DNA of 64,000 bases, taken from the NCBI GenBank assembly GCA_963775685.1, contig CAVZJV010000014.1, forward strand, positions 416,001-480,000. The letters are read 5' to 3'. Each line of letters begins with the position of its first letter. Within the stretch, counting starts at the first letter, position 1. A model generated the notes under the pieces. It saw nothing but the letters and a program-made list of their open reading frames with translations. It made no database searches and was not told the origin of the DNA. Origin of the DNA: Candidatus Bathyarchaeota archaeon (GTDB taxonomy: Archaea; Thermoproteota; Bathyarchaeia; Bathyarchaeales; Bathycorpusculaceae). Both the position numbers and the translations under genes were made by a program. Positions 63,671-64,000 of the stretch are shown here, in pieces.

Positions 63671-64000
63671 TGCGATTATCCTTCAAGTTTAGATTAAAAC
63701 CTTGCCGATTGTTCTACTACTATAAGTCGATGATTTATAAATAAAGTTTCATTGGTACAAAATTTGTACGATAACGGGAAAAGTCAAAAGAGATGTAGCA
63801 CTCAGATAATAAAATCAAGGAGCTAAAGGGGTATGGTCCAGGATGTTTCACCAGAGCAAATTAAGCGGGTCGCAGAAAAAGCCCTAGTTATAGAACGGTA
63901 CATACTAGAGAGAGCTTGGGGACTCTGTTATGCTGCAGTCGTCGCTGAAATTGTCCTCATTCCTTTTCTGCCCTTGATTGTCCTATTCCTTGGGCTTTCA

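Overview
Archaeal DNA, most consistent with Bathyarchaeia/TACK (ribosomal protein L38e, archaeal-type tRNAs, GGTGA-type Shine-Dalgarno sites, frequent TTG/GTG starts). The first ~25 kb is a glycogen/lower-glycolysis island (gpmA, pyk, D-2-hydroxyacid dehydrogenase, eno, two GT4 glycosyltransferases, YHS-fused glucan phosphorylase, PGM/PMM, GH13 branching enzyme, P-type H+-ATPase) with an Hsp20 and a CBS/HPF-like protein. Several of these genes are frameshifted. After divergent tRNA-Val(CAC) and tRNA-Phe(GAA) comes a mosaic accessory region: small membrane proteins, virus-like relics, a CheB/CheR-histidine kinase, two full IS1182 copies plus MITE/relic derivatives that insert into hairpin loops, a dead IS5-like element, two paralogous ABC exporters and many gene relics. 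The standout is 44.6-50.0 kb, a RiPP-like cluster: radical SAM/SPASM maturase, two paralogous ~135-aa precursor-like proteins with an internal repeated Cys-rich core (DCPxxLCSSCGN), a B12-dependent radical SAM, and a class I methyltransferase whose N-terminus is a core-less copy of the precursor scaffold. An AlkZ-type glycosylase lies upstream. All family assignments come from motif recognition by eye; no searches were run.
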